A program made the translations under genes and the position numbers. A DNA stretch of 62,533 bases, the filler included, from Bacteriovoracaceae bacterium (GTDB taxonomy: Bacteria > Bdellovibrionota > Bacteriovoracia > Bacteriovoracales > Bacteriovoracaceae), in the NCBI GenBank assembly GCA_018649885.1. It is 5 parts of 5 records of this genome, joined end to end, with 100 filler letters (N's around TTAATTAATTAA, not from the genome) between each part and the next. Parts side by side here need not be neighbours in the genome. Positions count along the whole stretch, not along the records: positions 24,154 to 53,740 come from JABIHA010000051.1; 4 more parts are not named here. One strand, written 5' to 3'. Below the pieces are notes generated by a model, which saw only the letters and a list, made by a program, of their open reading frames with translations, searched no databases and was not told the origin of the DNA. Positions 39,188 through 50,900 of this stretch are shown piece after piece. How positions within the stretch are numbered: position 1 is the stretch's first letter; each line of letters begins with the position of its first letter.

Positions 39188-39715
39188 ATGAGAGCAATAG
39201 TTTTTATTTATTCAATGATATTTAGCTTTTCCGCTTTCAGCGTTACCTACAACTGCGTAATGAAGGCAAATAGAGAGATGAAGGAAAAGGTCGCTCCTCC
39301 AGTTAATCTTGATGAGATTGATAATGGTAAAATTATTCCACTTTTTAATTATACTGAAAGAAATTCTTATGAGCACACCCGCCAAGTGGCTCCTGAAGAT
39401 GCAACTGAGGAGTATTTGAACTCTGAAATTTTCTCAACTACCTTATGGAAGAAAAGTAAAGACGAGGTTTGCCTCCAGTTTAATGGCGTAAAGGTTTTTG
39501 GGTTACCTGCTAATATTGAAGATAAGTGTGTTAAACAGGGAGAGAATATAAATTATGGATTTGTTACTTATACTGTTGGTTCTCCAAAAATTGAATGTAT
39601 ATCAGATGTGGTTGCGGAAAAATCCAAAGACCCAGTAGAGCCGGAAGAAAAACTGGCTGGGCCAAAAACTCCAGAATTGCCTGTTTATGATGATGGCGGG
39701 GCAGTTTTAGATTAG
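39188..39715 (+). CDS. Secreted hypothetical protein
   Basis: MRAIVFIYSMIFSFSAFS signal peptide. Confidence 0.75.
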   Translation: MRAIVFIYSMIFSFSAFSVTYNCVMKANREMKEKVAPPVNLDEIDNGKIIPLFNYTERNSYEHTRQVAPEDATEEYLNSEIFSTTLWKKSKDEVCLQFNGVKVFGLPANIEDKCVKQGENINYGFVTYTVGSPKIECISDVVAEKSKDPVEPEEKLAGPKTPELPVYDDGGAVLD

Positions 39716-39755
39716 GGAGAATCAAGTGATCCTCCCTATGGTAATCACAATTAAA

Positions 39756-40520
39756 TTATAGTCTTGTGAGAAGTGTGGCGCCTAGGTACTCACGATTCAT
39801 GTGGGCAATGTGGGCGACATCAATAGCTTTTGGGCAAGCTGCCATACACTCATACTCATTAGTACAATTTCCAAATCCCGAGTCATCCATGGCAGTAACC
39901 ATATTCAGAACTCTTTGTTGTTTTTCTACTTTTCCCTGAGGAAGAAGCGCAAGTTGAGAAACTTTTGCAGCAGTGAAGAGCATGGCCGAAGCATTTTTAC
40001 AGGCGGCCACACATGCCCCGCATCCAATACAAGAAGCAGCGTCCATTGCAAGATCTGCAGCTTCTTTGGGAACTGGAATTGCGTGAGCATCAGGAGCTTG
40101 TCCCGTTTTTACTGAGACGTATCCACCTGATTCAATGATATTATCAAGTGGAGCCCTATCTACAACCAAGTCTTTTATAACTGGAAATGCTGAAGCTCTC
40201 CAAGGTTCAATTACAATGGTATCGCCGTCTTTAAATTTTCTCATGTGTAGTTGGCAAGTTGTTGTACGCGCCTCAGGGCCATGGGGTTGGCCATTGATAA
40301 CAAGGGAGCACATTCCACAAATACCCTCACGACAATCGTGATCAAAGGCTATGGGATCTTCTCCCTCTTTGATCAAGCTTTCGTTGAGCACATCTAGCAT
40401 TTCAAGGAAACTCTGATCTGTTGATACGCCGTGAAGAGTGTGCTCGCACATCTTCCCCGCATCAGAAGGATTCGCTTGTCTCCAAACTTTTAAATGTAGT
40501 GTCATTCCACTATCTGACAT
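39756..40520 (-). CDS. sdhB: Succinate dehydrogenase/fumarate reductase iron-sulfur subunit
   Basis: [20 protein letters not shown] and [12 protein letters not shown] clusters. Confidence 0.97.
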   Translation of the reverse strand: MSDSGMTLHLKVWRQANPSDAGKMCEHTLHGVSTDQSFLEMLDVLNESLIKEGEDPIAFDHDCREGICGMCSLVINGQPHGPEARTTTCQLHMRKFKDGDTIVIEPWRASAFPVIKDLVVDRAPLDNIIESGGYVSVKTGQAPDAHAIPVPKEAADLAMDAASCIGCGACVAACKNASAMLFTAAKVSQLALLPQGKVEKQQRVLNMVTAMDDSGFGNCTNEYECMAACPKAIDVAHIAHMNREYLGATLLTRL

Positions 40521-40529
40521 AACTGCCTC

Positions 40530-42446
40530 CTATTTGTACGATCGTTGAGTTAAAGGAACGTTTGGAAATTCGAGCTCTTCCACATGTCGTGTGGGCTCTT
40601 TTCCTTCACCATTGTATTCCCAAGCAGCGACATGACAAAAATCATCATCGTTTCTTAGGGCCTCGTTTTCATCAGTTTGAGATTCTTCTCTAAAATGTCC
40701 ACCGCAAGATTCTTTTCTACTAAGAGCATCACGCGCCATTAGCTCTCCCATTTCTAGAAAGTCAGCAACTCTAAGTGCTTTTTCTAGCTCTGGGTTGAAG
40801 CTACCAGCCTCTCCTGGAACTCTCACATTTTGCCAGAATTCTTCTCTTATTTTTGGGATTTCTTTGATGGCCTCTTTGAGTCCAGCTTCGTTTCTGCTCA
40901 TTCCCACATGTTCCCACATGGTTTGACCAAGTCTTTTGTGGAAGTGATCGACAGTTTCTCCGCCTTTGATTCCCATGACTTTATCAACTTTTTTCTGGAC
41001 ACCGTCTACGGCGTCTTTGAAAGCAGGGTGATGGGTATCAACTTTTTCAAGTGGAGTTGATCCAAAGTAATTTCCAAGAGTGTAGGGGATAACAAAGTAT
41101 CCATCGGCAAGGCCTTGCATCAATGCTGATGCACCCAATCTATTGGCACCATGATCAGAGAAGTTTGCCTCTCCTAGAACATGAAGCCCTGGAGTTGAAC
41201 TCATGAGATTGTAGTCTACCCAAAGACCACCCATTGTGTAGTGGACTGCAGGGTAAATTCTCATGGGATTGTTGTAAGGGTCTTCCCCTGTAATCCTCTC
41301 ATACATTTCAAAGAGGTTTCCATACTTGGCTGCGATGGCCTCTTGACCGTCGCGAGCAATAGCGTCTTTAAAATCTAAAAAGACAGCAAGTTTGCTGGTC
41401 CCAACACCTTTACCAGAGTCACATTGGAGTTTGGCATTTCTTGAGGCCACATCCCTTGGAACGAGGTTACCAAATGATGGATAAATTCTTTCAAGGTAGT
41501 AATCTCTTTCATTGTCAGAGATCTCTTTTGCCATTCTGCTGTCTCCCTCTTTTTGAGGGACCCAGACTCGACCGTCATTTCTGAGGGACTCTGACATCAA
41601 GGTTAACTTAGATTGATAGTGTCCTGAAACAGGGATGCAAGTTGGATGGATTTGAGTGTAACAAGGATTGGCCATGAAGGCGCCTTTCTTGTGGGCCTTC
41701 CAAGCAGCTGTACAGTTTGATGCCATGGCATTCGTGGAGAGGTAATATGCATTTCCATATCCACCAGAAGCGATGATCACTGCATGAGCACTATAGGTTT
41801 CAATTTCGCCTGTTACCAGGTTTCTAACCACAATACCGCGGGCCTTTCCGTCAACAAGAACAAGGTCAAGCATTTCTCTTCTGGTGTAAACCTGTACTTT
41901 TTTATCGGCAGATTGCTTCATCATGGCCTGATAAGCACCTAGGAGAAGTTGTTGACCAGTTTGTCCTCTAGCATAGAAGGTTCTTGAAACTTGCGCCCCT
42001 CCAAAAGATCTATTGCCTAGAGTTCCGCCGTACTCTCTTGCAAAGGGAACACCTTGAGCTGCACATTGATCGATAATGTTATTTGATACTTGAGCTAGCC
42101 TATAAACATTGGCCTCTCTAGATCTGTAGTCTCCACCTTTAACAGTGTCATAAAACAGTCTCCAGATGCTGTCTCCATCATTGGGGTAGTTCTTGGCGGC
42201 GTTAATTCCACCTTGAGCAGCAATGGAGTGGGCCCTTCTTCCGGAGTCTTGAATGCAAAATGCTTTAACATTGTATCCAAGTTCTGAAAGGGTGGCCGCA
42301 GCCGATGCACCAGCAAGGCCAGTTCCAACGACGATAACATCGAATTTTCTTTTATTAGCTGGGTTCACTAGCTTTGAGCTGAATTTGTGTTGGTCCCATG
42401 CCTGAGTGATGTCCCCTGAGGGAGTCTTTGAATCGAGAATAGTCAT
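40530..42446 (-). CDS. sdhA: Succinate dehydrogenase/fumarate reductase flavoprotein subunit
   Basis: [21 protein letters not shown] and HGANRLG motifs. Confidence 0.97.
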   Translation of the reverse strand: MTILDSKTPSGDITQAWDQHKFSSKLVNPANKRKFDVIVVGTGLAGASAAATLSELGYNVKAFCIQDSGRRAHSIAAQGGINAAKNYPNDGDSIWRLFYDTVKGGDYRSREANVYRLAQVSNNIIDQCAAQGVPFAREYGGTLGNRSFGGAQVSRTFYARGQTGQQLLLGAYQAMMKQSADKKVQVYTRREMLDLVLVDGKARGIVVRNLVTGEIETYSAHAVIIASGGYGNAYYLSTNAMASNCTAAWKAHKKGAFMANPCYTQIHPTCIPVSGHYQSKLTLMSESLRNDGRVWVPQKEGDSRMAKEISDNERDYYLERIYPSFGNLVPRDVASRNAKLQCDSGKGVGTSKLAVFLDFKDAIARDGQEAIAAKYGNLFEMYERITGEDPYNNPMRIYPAVHYTMGGLWVDYNLMSSTPGLHVLGEANFSDHGANRLGASALMQGLADGYFVIPYTLGNYFGSTPLEKVDTHHPAFKDAVDGVQKKVDKVMGIKGGETVDHFHKRLGQTMWEHVGMSRNEAGLKEAIKEIPKIREEFWQNVRVPGEAGSFNPELEKALRVADFLEMGELMARDALSRKESCGGHFREESQTDENEALRNDDDFCHVAAWEYNGEGKEPTRHVEELEFPNVPLTQRSYK

Positions 42447-43123
42447 TACTTAACCCCTCCTGTTAGATAAATCCAAACGGGTATTGAAGAAAAACCTACA
42501 AAAATAACAAAGGCGTAGGCCTTGGCAATGATTTTTAAAATGGGTGAGTATCTTGGATGAGAAAATCCAAATGATTGTACTGCTGAAGCCAGCCCGTGAC
42601 TAACGTGAACAGCGAGTGCTAAATGAGCAAAGAGATACCAAAGAACTACTGCTGGGTTAGAAAAATGTTGAACTACAGGAATGTAGAGGTCTCTCATATC
42701 AACACCATTATAGGTAGCTCCAATAAATTCACCAAATCTAAAGTTGATTAAGTGAAGTACAAGAAATACTAAAATGATGACACCAGTTATTGGCATTGTA
42801 GAAGAAGCAAATGTCGCTCCTCTGCCAGAGTTGGTTTTCATGTAGTAGCTTTTTGGTCGTGCCTTTTTATTTTCAGCTGTGAGCTTCACCCCAAGGGCAA
42901 TGTGGCTGAAAAATAGAAGTGCAAGTCCGGCTTCCATTGGAATGATTAAAGGGTTAGTAATGAGAGCGTGGGCGTAACTGTTAAAGGCCTTAGGTCCTAC
43001 AAAAATCAATAGATTTCCCAGTAAGTGAACTACTAGAAACCCGCAAAGAGCGAGTCCTGTGAGGGCCATGACCTGTTTCTTACCAATGCTCGACTGAAGA
43101 TAAGTGCAAAAGCGACAGGACAT
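42446..43123 (-). CDS. sdhC: Succinate dehydrogenase cytochrome b subunit
   Basis: [13 protein letters not shown] start; five TM helices with His ligands; operon context. Confidence 0.95.
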   Translation of the reverse strand: MSCRFCTYLQSSIGKKQVMALTGLALCGFLVVHLLGNLLIFVGPKAFNSYAHALITNPLIIPMEAGLALLFFSHIALGVKLTAENKKARPKSYYMKTNSGRGATFASSTMPITGVIILVFLVLHLINFRFGEFIGATYNGVDMRDLYIPVVQHFSNPAVVLWYLFAHLALAVHVSHGLASAVQSFGFSHPRYSPILKIIAKAYAFVIFVGFSSIPVWIYLTGGVK

Positions 43124-43329
43124 GTTGAATGATCTCCTAAAAATATTGTTAATAGAAAAATGTAAACTATTTTAGTATGTTATTTGGCTTACTACTTCTC
43201 GTGGCAGCAAAAATCCGCATATATCATTAATAATATAAGCCCATATTACGCCTGATAATCTTTTATGTCTAAGAATTGAGGGATGACTTTGGTAAGATTT
43301 TTACATGATATAGCTGCTAAGCAGGGTAT

Positions 43330-45390
43330 TTATTGAGCCCATCCTTCTTTCATTTCGCCGAGTTTTCTAAGCCCGATTGAAAGAGGGATTATTCTGATGA
43401 TGATACGGTGGTTTTTTAGGTCTTGTGTTTCAGTAGAGGCGGGGACCCTTGAGTGGAAGCGATTGGCAAACCCGTATTCTATTCTTCCCTTTGACCAAGA
43501 GATTTTATCGTTGGTGTATTCTTTGATAGAGTTCATGGCCTTAACGGCGAAGTATTTATTTTTGTAGTTAGTAGTATGAAGCTTGCCAGGAACATAGAGT
43601 ATTTGAAATCTCACATCACTAGAAAGTGAAAACATATCTAGGACTTTGTGGATATAGTCTTGACCTTGAAGACTCAGTTTTGTGGATTTTCCATTGAAAA
43701 TATAGTGTGCACCGAGATGGATTTCTAAGTCATGGCCTGAAACTTCTACTGCCAAGTGACTAGGTTCTCCTAAGTTTGATTTTATTTCATCAACGACAGT
43801 GTCCAGTGATTTATCTTTACTGATTACTGAAGCCAGTTTTCTGCCATGGTCTTCAGGTTTTTCACTATCAGAACTAGGAAGAGATTGTAAGTTTATTTCC
43901 AGAGTGAATTTCTTTTTAACCCCGGCTTTTTTACTTATTAGAGCACTCATAGCACCAGTAGAAACAATAGAGGGTTTAATTCCTACGTGGCCCACGAAAA
44001 AATCTTCAATTTTCATTGTTTGCTTCAATATAAATTCATTGCCTGGAATAACTGAGCCATTTTCACCAAAAACTTTTCCGTATTGGCTTGCTCCTGAAAT
44101 ATGAAGTCTAGTTAATGGCAATTTACCTAGAAAGTAACCGATGGTTTCAAAATTACTTTTTTGAACATTAGATAGCTTTGGTTTTTCTGAGCCGTAAACT
44201 GAGTTTGCCGGAAGGTTTATTAGTATTGAATTATTACTTTGATCAATAAAGAGATTATCTGAACCATATGTGCGGTTTAGAAAAATCGCCAATTTTTTAA
44301 AACTTACTTTTCTGTCTTCTTCTACCCATGAAGGGGAAAGTAAATTAATCATACACTTATCAAGTGATTTATTTTTTTCAATCCACATTCTTTGAGTGAG
44401 GATTCGATTTTTTTCTTTGAGAATTTGATCTTGTGAATAACTCAAAATACCAGGCATTTGGTAGGGGTGCTTGTCTAGAAATTCTCTGTTTTTATTACTT
44501 AGTTTTTGCGATTTGAGAGTTAACTCTTTATTTCTCTCATTTAGATTTCTAATTTGAGAGTTGCACGTTGTTAAGTTTTCATCTGATCTTACTAATTTTT
44601 TTTCTTTCCCTCGAAGAGAGATAATCTCTTCTCTGAGGTTGAGTTCTTGATCTTTTAAAATGACGTATTCTTTTTCGAGCTCTTTGTATTTCTGAGTCAA
44701 TTGTCTTTCGAATCTCTTGTTATCAGCAATTCGTTTCTTCTCTAACTTTTTGGCCGTAGCAAGTTTTCGAGCCTCTTCAAGTCTTTTGAGTCTTTCTGCT
44801 TTTTTGAGCTCAGCAATTTTTTCTTTTTCTATTTTTTGAGCTTCAGCAATCTTTCTAGCTTCTTCGAGTCTTTTTAGTCTTTCTAATTTATTTGCTTCAG
44901 CAACTTTTTTGGCCGCTTCAGCTTTTTTCTGGTTTATTATTTCTTGGGCAGCACGCTTCTCTTCTTTCTCTAGGTTTTTCAACCTAGAAGTCACTTCTTG
45001 AAGGGCAGTTTTTATGGGGTCTGAATGTCTTCTCTTATAACGTTTTCTTGAAGGACTTGAACTACCAGTATTTGCGACTGATCTAGAATGATTGCTACTT
45101 GAGCCGTTTACCACTTTTAGAGGAGGTATTCTAAGCTCTGTCCCAGCAGTTAGAGCGTCGGGATCAATTTCAGGGTTGGCAGCAGATATCTCTCTCCATT
45201 TTTGATGGGTCCCATAGTATTCGTTTGAGATGGACATCAGTGACTCACCTCTTGCCACTGTATGAGTTTTTTCTTTCGGGGCGGCTTCATTTTTAGAGAC
45301 CACAGATAGCTCTGCGCTTACTGGAACACACCATAAAAGTGTGGCACCAAATATCGCCATTAAAGCTAAATTTTTTCTACCTCTATACAA
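43330..45390 (-). CDS. Secreted LysM + coiled-coil protein with two degenerate OmpA/MotB-like C-terminal domains
   Basis: HTVARGESLMSISNEYYG...LRIP LysM; charged linker; IFNGKSTKLSLQG...KNHRIIIRI. Confidence 0.75.
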   Translation of the reverse strand: MYRGRKNLALMAIFGATLLWCVPVSAELSVVSKNEAAPKEKTHTVARGESLMSISNEYYGTHQKWREISAANPEIDPDALTAGTELRIPPLKVVNGSSSNHSRSVANTGSSSPSRKRYKRRHSDPIKTALQEVTSRLKNLEKEEKRAAQEIINQKKAEAAKKVAEANKLERLKRLEEARKIAEAQKIEKEKIAELKKAERLKRLEEARKLATAKKLEKKRIADNKRFERQLTQKYKELEKEYVILKDQELNLREEIISLRGKEKKLVRSDENLTTCNSQIRNLNERNKELTLKSQKLSNKNREFLDKHPYQMPGILSYSQDQILKEKNRILTQRMWIEKNKSLDKCMINLLSPSWVEEDRKVSFKKLAIFLNRTYGSDNLFIDQSNNSILINLPANSVYGSEKPKLSNVQKSNFETIGYFLGKLPLTRLHISGASQYGKVFGENGSVIPGNEFILKQTMKIEDFFVGHVGIKPSIVSTGAMSALISKKAGVKKKFTLEINLQSLPSSDSEKPEDHGRKLASVISKDKSLDTVVDEIKSNLGEPSHLAVEVSGHDLEIHLGAHYIFNGKSTKLSLQGQDYIHKVLDMFSLSSDVRFQILYVPGKLHTTNYKNKYFAVKAMNSIKEYTNDKISWSKGRIEYGFANRFHSRVPASTETQDLKNHRIIIRIIPLSIGLRKLGEMKEGWAQ

Positions 45391-45551
45391 AAAAATCTCC
45401 CATTAAATTAGATCTTTGAGAGGGTATCTAAATAATATTTTCGGAATATATTAATAAAATTTAAGATGAATTTTGTCTGGATATGAAAAATAGGCAGATT
45501 TGTCTAGAGTCTTCATGAAAAAAACAATCGAGGGTATCACTCAGGCTTTCT

Positions 45552-47756
45552 TTAAATTTCAAACTGAAGGCCCAGCTTAATACCTTTAATTTGCTCTCGA
45601 TGCTTTCCATATGGGGCATTCATAATTTTTCTTCGATCATTTTGTAAGATACCACTGAGTATCAGATGGAAATTCTCGGCTATAGGGACTTTTTCTTCAT
45701 AATCAAAATATTTCCCAATTGGGAGTAGCTTAGCAATATTGTTCAGTGAATATCTCAAGTCTCCTCTAACTTCATAAGTGTAGTTTGTTGTGTGATCAAA
45801 GCCTGGACCGTAAAAGATTGTGATTCCTGGGGTGGCATATCCAAATACAAGTTTGGGAAATACAAATTCAACTCCTATTTCAGCACCGTAGAAATCTTTT
45901 GCATAGAAAGGGATAGATTTTTGACCAGGATTGAATTTTTTCCAGTGAAGTCCACCCATGAAAGTGATTCTAGGTGAAAGGTAATTCGTTTTTTGAAAAA
46001 ATAGTTTAGCGGCAAGGTAAACCCTGCTTTCCTTGTGGTAGGTCTTTATTTTTTGCCCTGATAGAGTAGAGATTAGCAGCGGGAGCCTGTCCTTATAATA
46101 CTGTCCTCCAAACCCTAGCCATCTGAATGGGAAAATATTGAGCTCTCCACCATAATTATATATACCTTTATATATATTTTCAGTTTTTAAAAATGTAGAT
46201 CTTCTTCTGGCGTTATACATGCCATAGAAAACTTTTAAATCAACATAGGCGTCGTGAAGAAGATTAAAATTTATTTCATGTAAGATAGATCTATTTCTTA
46301 AGTCAGTTAACTCTATTTCTAAGTGATTACCTTCTTTTTCTCCAGCGTAGTGAATCCCGCTGGCAACACTTTTGGCCTCTTTTTTGGGGATGGTGACTTG
46401 GTAGCTTTTAATTCCTTTGGGAGTAAACCTAAAAAAGACATTGAGGTCCCTTGAGTTTTCCATGTGTTTTGAACTTTGAACCAAAAGGCCTGGTTGTTCA
46501 ACTTTTCCATCACGATTAAATTCTCTGGTTAGATCTTCGACTTTGATGGTGAAAGCAAGGGTAATGCCTAGCTCATTTTTAAGCTCGAATTCTATGGTTT
46601 CAGATTTTAAATCGGGAGTTAAAATGAGATTATTTGATGCTCTCAAGGTCCCATTTTGGAATAAATTCCAGTCGCGGTGATGTGAAATGGGTATGAGAAT
46701 CTCTTTTTGGTCAGATTTTTTTCTATACTGTTCAAGATCTTGAAAAAGGCCTTTTTTTCCTTTGAGTTTGAACCACGGTAATGCAATTGTTGTAGACTTT
46801 TTCCCGCATCGAACTAAGACACTTAGGCCCTGTGAAGCTCCGATTTCATAGGTGATTTTCTGTCCTTCAGCAATCGGTTTTTGCTTCATTTGACTAGGGC
46901 CTATGGAGCATTCTTTATAGGAATGAAAGTCAATATCTGCTTTGATTTTATACTTCTTATTTCCTCCAACTGTCTTGAAAATAATCTTATTTTTAGCAAG
47001 GCCTCTTTCAACTAATGAAATCTGGATTTCTTTTTTTAGTCTCTCAAAAGATCTTTGGTTTTGATCTGTAAGTGGAGGGTGAAAAATTGTAAGCACCATG
47101 GAATCTATTTCGGCGTGATTGGATTTCGTGAAGTTGTATAGCTGTTTAACAGTACTTTTACTCACTGACCAGATCGTGGGATTATAAGTAAAGTAGAAGG
47201 GCCGGACTTTTTTTACCACAGGAAAAGACCTATCAAGAGTCACCTCATCATTGATGGTAATCCTCCCACCATCAAGTTTAAATGAAACACTGTATTTAGA
47301 TGGAAGATCGATAAAAAGATTCTTTGTCTCATTATCAGGGGCTGCAAAAAAGTAAGTTCTCAGAGGGAAATGAAGACCAAAATTTATTTCTCGTACAAAG
47401 TTGGTTCTGATATCGATGCCAAGACTTTTTGCTGTTGTTACCACCGCTCCTGCCGGAACAGTGTTTTCATCAATCGCTATTTCTTGAAAAAACTTATCGG
47501 CTTTTGCTTTAATTTCAAAGCGGCCACTATCGTTAGTTGTGGCGCTAACTCCATCAGAGGATAATATCTTTACTCCTCCAATTCCAAATTCATTTGATTC
47601 CTTCACTCCGTTTTTATTTTGATCAAAATACACTTGACCAAAAAAGGCATACTCTCGAATATTTTTATTTAGTGGGGGGGTAACTCCAAGGCCTGGAGAA
47701 ATGTTGAAAATGCCAAAAATTATTGCTAAAAGCGAGCAATTACGAATATTCGCCAA
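45552..47756 (-). CDS. Secreted protein with SdrD B-like N-domain and probable C-terminal outer-membrane beta-barrel
   Basis: GQVYFDQNKNGVKESNEFGIGGV...TNDSGRF; aromatic-rich C-terminus ending LGLQFEI. Confidence 0.7.
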   Translation of the reverse strand: MANIRNCSLLAIIFGIFNISPGLGVTPPLNKNIREYAFFGQVYFDQNKNGVKESNEFGIGGVKILSSDGVSATTNDSGRFEIKAKADKFFQEIAIDENTVPAGAVVTTAKSLGIDIRTNFVREINFGLHFPLRTYFFAAPDNETKNLFIDLPSKYSVSFKLDGGRITINDEVTLDRSFPVVKKVRPFYFTYNPTIWSVSKSTVKQLYNFTKSNHAEIDSMVLTIFHPPLTDQNQRSFERLKKEIQISLVERGLAKNKIIFKTVGGNKKYKIKADIDFHSYKECSIGPSQMKQKPIAEGQKITYEIGASQGLSVLVRCGKKSTTIALPWFKLKGKKGLFQDLEQYRKKSDQKEILIPISHHRDWNLFQNGTLRASNNLILTPDLKSETIEFELKNELGITLAFTIKVEDLTREFNRDGKVEQPGLLVQSSKHMENSRDLNVFFRFTPKGIKSYQVTIPKKEAKSVASGIHYAGEKEGNHLEIELTDLRNRSILHEINFNLLHDAYVDLKVFYGMYNARRRSTFLKTENIYKGIYNYGGELNIFPFRWLGFGGQYYKDRLPLLISTLSGQKIKTYHKESRVYLAAKLFFQKTNYLSPRITFMGGLHWKKFNPGQKSIPFYAKDFYGAEIGVEFVFPKLVFGYATPGITIFYGPGFDHTTNYTYEVRGDLRYSLNNIAKLLPIGKYFDYEEKVPIAENFHLILSGILQNDRRKIMNAPYGKHREQIKGIKLGLQFEI

Positions 47757-47977
47757 CCGCTAACTCCTTATTCTCCGTTACTAAATGGAGAATCTTGATC
47801 TATCTACTATCATATTTTAAGTACTTTAAATTGCATTGTACATGGGGTGTGATTTTCCCCATTAAAATTGCCTAAATCATGTAATTTTGATTTAGAAAAT
47901 AACCGATAAGAGATTGAATCGATTGGGAAGTTAACGGATGTTAAGAGGGAGTTTTAGAAAAGGTTAATTGAAAAAAT

Positions 47978-50900
47978 ATGATGAGAGCTCTGAGTAACAA
48001 TATTCTCATTTGCCTTTTGGCCTTGATGGCCCTCTTTAACATATCGTGTAACGGTGGCGGTGGCGGTGGTGTCGGTGCATCCGGTGGAGGAAGTTCCTCA
48101 AGCTCTGCTAACTCAATGACCATTACAAAATTTTCGGGCGACGGACAATACGCAGCAAGTAACGCTGCATTTAGTGATCCCATAATCATACAAGTTGCAG
48201 GCGGAGAGACTATATCAGGTGTCCCTATTCAATTTTCTATTGCTTCTGGATCTGTCGCTGGCTCTTTGAGTTCTTCCGCTGTCACCACTGATGCAACGGG
48301 GAAAGCGCAGGTAATAGTTAATACTGGAGCTGCTTCAGGGATTATTAGTGTTGTTGCCAATATTATTCATTCTTCAGGTGCCGCTTCAAGCACAACTTTT
48401 ACACTAAATGTAAATGGCGCTGCCACTAACTGGTCAGTGACACCAAGTGGTGCAGGGACAGAAGTTGCAGGAACAACATTCACGCTAGACATCCAGCCCC
48501 TTAAGGCAGATCTTTCTGTGGATACAACTTTTAGCGGAAGTAAAAGTCTTACCTTTACCACAACTGCTGGAAATTCTCCTGGTGGAAATGCACCTTCACT
48601 TCCTGTTGATGGGTTTTATACATTTACAGATGGTGTTATTGATACAATTCCATCTGTGACTCTATACGACTCTTCAGAAAATGGAGCAGACACCTTCACA
48701 GTAACTGTTGCAGGGTCTGGACTTTCAGATGGGGTCACAACGGCCATAACTGTTAATGACGATGTCAAAGCATCTGTAAAAATAATGGATAGTGATTCAT
48801 GTGCAGCTCTTGAATACACAACTGGTTCAATGGTTATTCCCGCCACATTGTCATTATACGCCTACTATCATGATGCCTACGATAACTGTATTGAAAAGGG
48901 AACCGATCAGGCCAATGTGGATTGGTCAAAAACTTGGACAGATCTTCAGGTGACTTTTACAGGTGGAGTTGTTGGAGTTCAATCACAAGTAATGAATCCA
49001 ATTGCTGCTGGTGCAGCAGGGTCAGTCAGTATCACTGATAGCACATATTCTGATTCAACTGGAAGTATAGATGTTTCAAATGGTATAGCAAGCAGTTTTA
49101 TAATTATTGGTTTTGGGACAAGTGGAAACTTTACGCTAACTGCGGGTGTTGCCTATCAGATATTATTTGAAGCAAGAGATCCGCTTGGAAATATAGCGAC
49201 TGCCTACACAGGTGCAAAAAGTATTACAACCACTACTACAGCTACGGCGACATCACCACTTACCGCACTAGGAGTGGGGGCCAATTCACCAAGTATACCG
49301 GCAGCTTCAACGGCCTTTACTTTTGTTAATGGTGTTTACATATCTCCAGTTCCAACAGTCACTCTATACAACACTGAAGAAAATCCCATTGTCACTATTT
49401 ACGATGGTGGCTCTTGTGGAGGGTCTAACTGTGGAATCTCGACTCCGGTGACTGTAAGTAATACGGCACTTACCTACGCTCTTATTAGAACTCAGGCATT
49501 AAATGCGGGTGGCAATGGTGCAACCTTTGATGGCACAGCTGTTTCAACAACTGCTGATGATAGTTATACCTTCTACTGTGCTTCCTACGATACATTTGGA
49601 AATTATATCCAGGATGTGGCGGCAGCCGACTGGGGAAGAACTAATACAATTGTGACGGGTGATCTCTCAGCGACTACTGGATCAAGCATCGTCTATAGTG
49701 CAAAAGCTGCGGGAACAGGAACAATTTATTGTGACATTGATGGAGTCAATGATGGAGCGGGCCTTGCAGATGATACCGCTCTTATTACCGTTGCTCCTGG
49801 AGCTCCAACTGAATTTAGACTAGATGGCGGCGGCGGAGAAGCTGCTGCTTTTACAGTCTCTGCAGGGGACACATTTTCTGTAACAGTCAATCTCTACGAT
49901 GCAGATGGAAATTTTGCTAGCAATTATACCAATGCCTCTTATGCCACTACAGTCAGCTATGTGGGATCAACATCACTTAATACATCTTATCCTGCAGAGG
50001 TGACTCCTGCTGAGGGCAATGCCCAAATCACGGGTACTAATGTTACTACTAAAACTGTGAATCTTAATATTGGCAGTGGTACCGCCACTCTTGCCAATAT
50101 GAAGTTGATCAATGATACAGAAGATTCTGATGAACCAAAAGTATCAGTTGTCGACCAGGCGGCAATTATTAGTACGGGAACTTCAGGTGCCATTACAAAT
50201 AATCAAAACACATTAGCTTCAATTTCAATCAGAAATCTGGCCAGTAATGCTGGGTCTTATATCAATGCTCCCACCACAAATACTGATCAAACAATGTACC
50301 TATACGCTGCTGGTTACGACAAGGCCGGTAACTATCTAGGTGACCAAACAGTTGATTGGACAAATACGGCTCCTTCAGGAAATTGTGGTTTAGGTGAATT
50401 AACAGGAAACCCTGTTCCTACAACGGCCACAGTAGGTATTACCTGGGATCCAACGCAGTATGGATCGTGTGTGATTACGGCTTATCATGGTGGCACAACT
50501 TTTTCTGATACCACTGGAACAATGACCATTATGCCTGGTGGAACTACTAACTATACTGTGGCCCTCCTAGGTGGAGGAAGTACTGTAACTGCTGGTAGTG
50601 CCTTTTCAGTGGTAATTACGGCCGTAGATGCTTCCGTAAATAGAGTGTTAGGCTATCTTCCCGACACTAGCTATACTTTCACAACTACTGCCGGAAATTC
50701 ACCAGAGGGAACGTCGCCGGCCGGGTTTACCCTAAGCCCTAGTGATTGGTCCTTTGGACAGGCCATTGTTACTGGTGTTTATGTCTACGATACTTCCGGT
50801 ACGTTTACCATGACGGCCACAGAGACCGGAACTAGTTCAACCTTTACCGGAACTAGCGGCGCCATTACAGTAAATCCCAATACACTTCATCACTATTCAA

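Noticed and set aside
39756..43123. sdhCAB lacking sdhD
   Set aside because: Normal for three-subunit enzymes with a single five-helix cytochrome b anchor.
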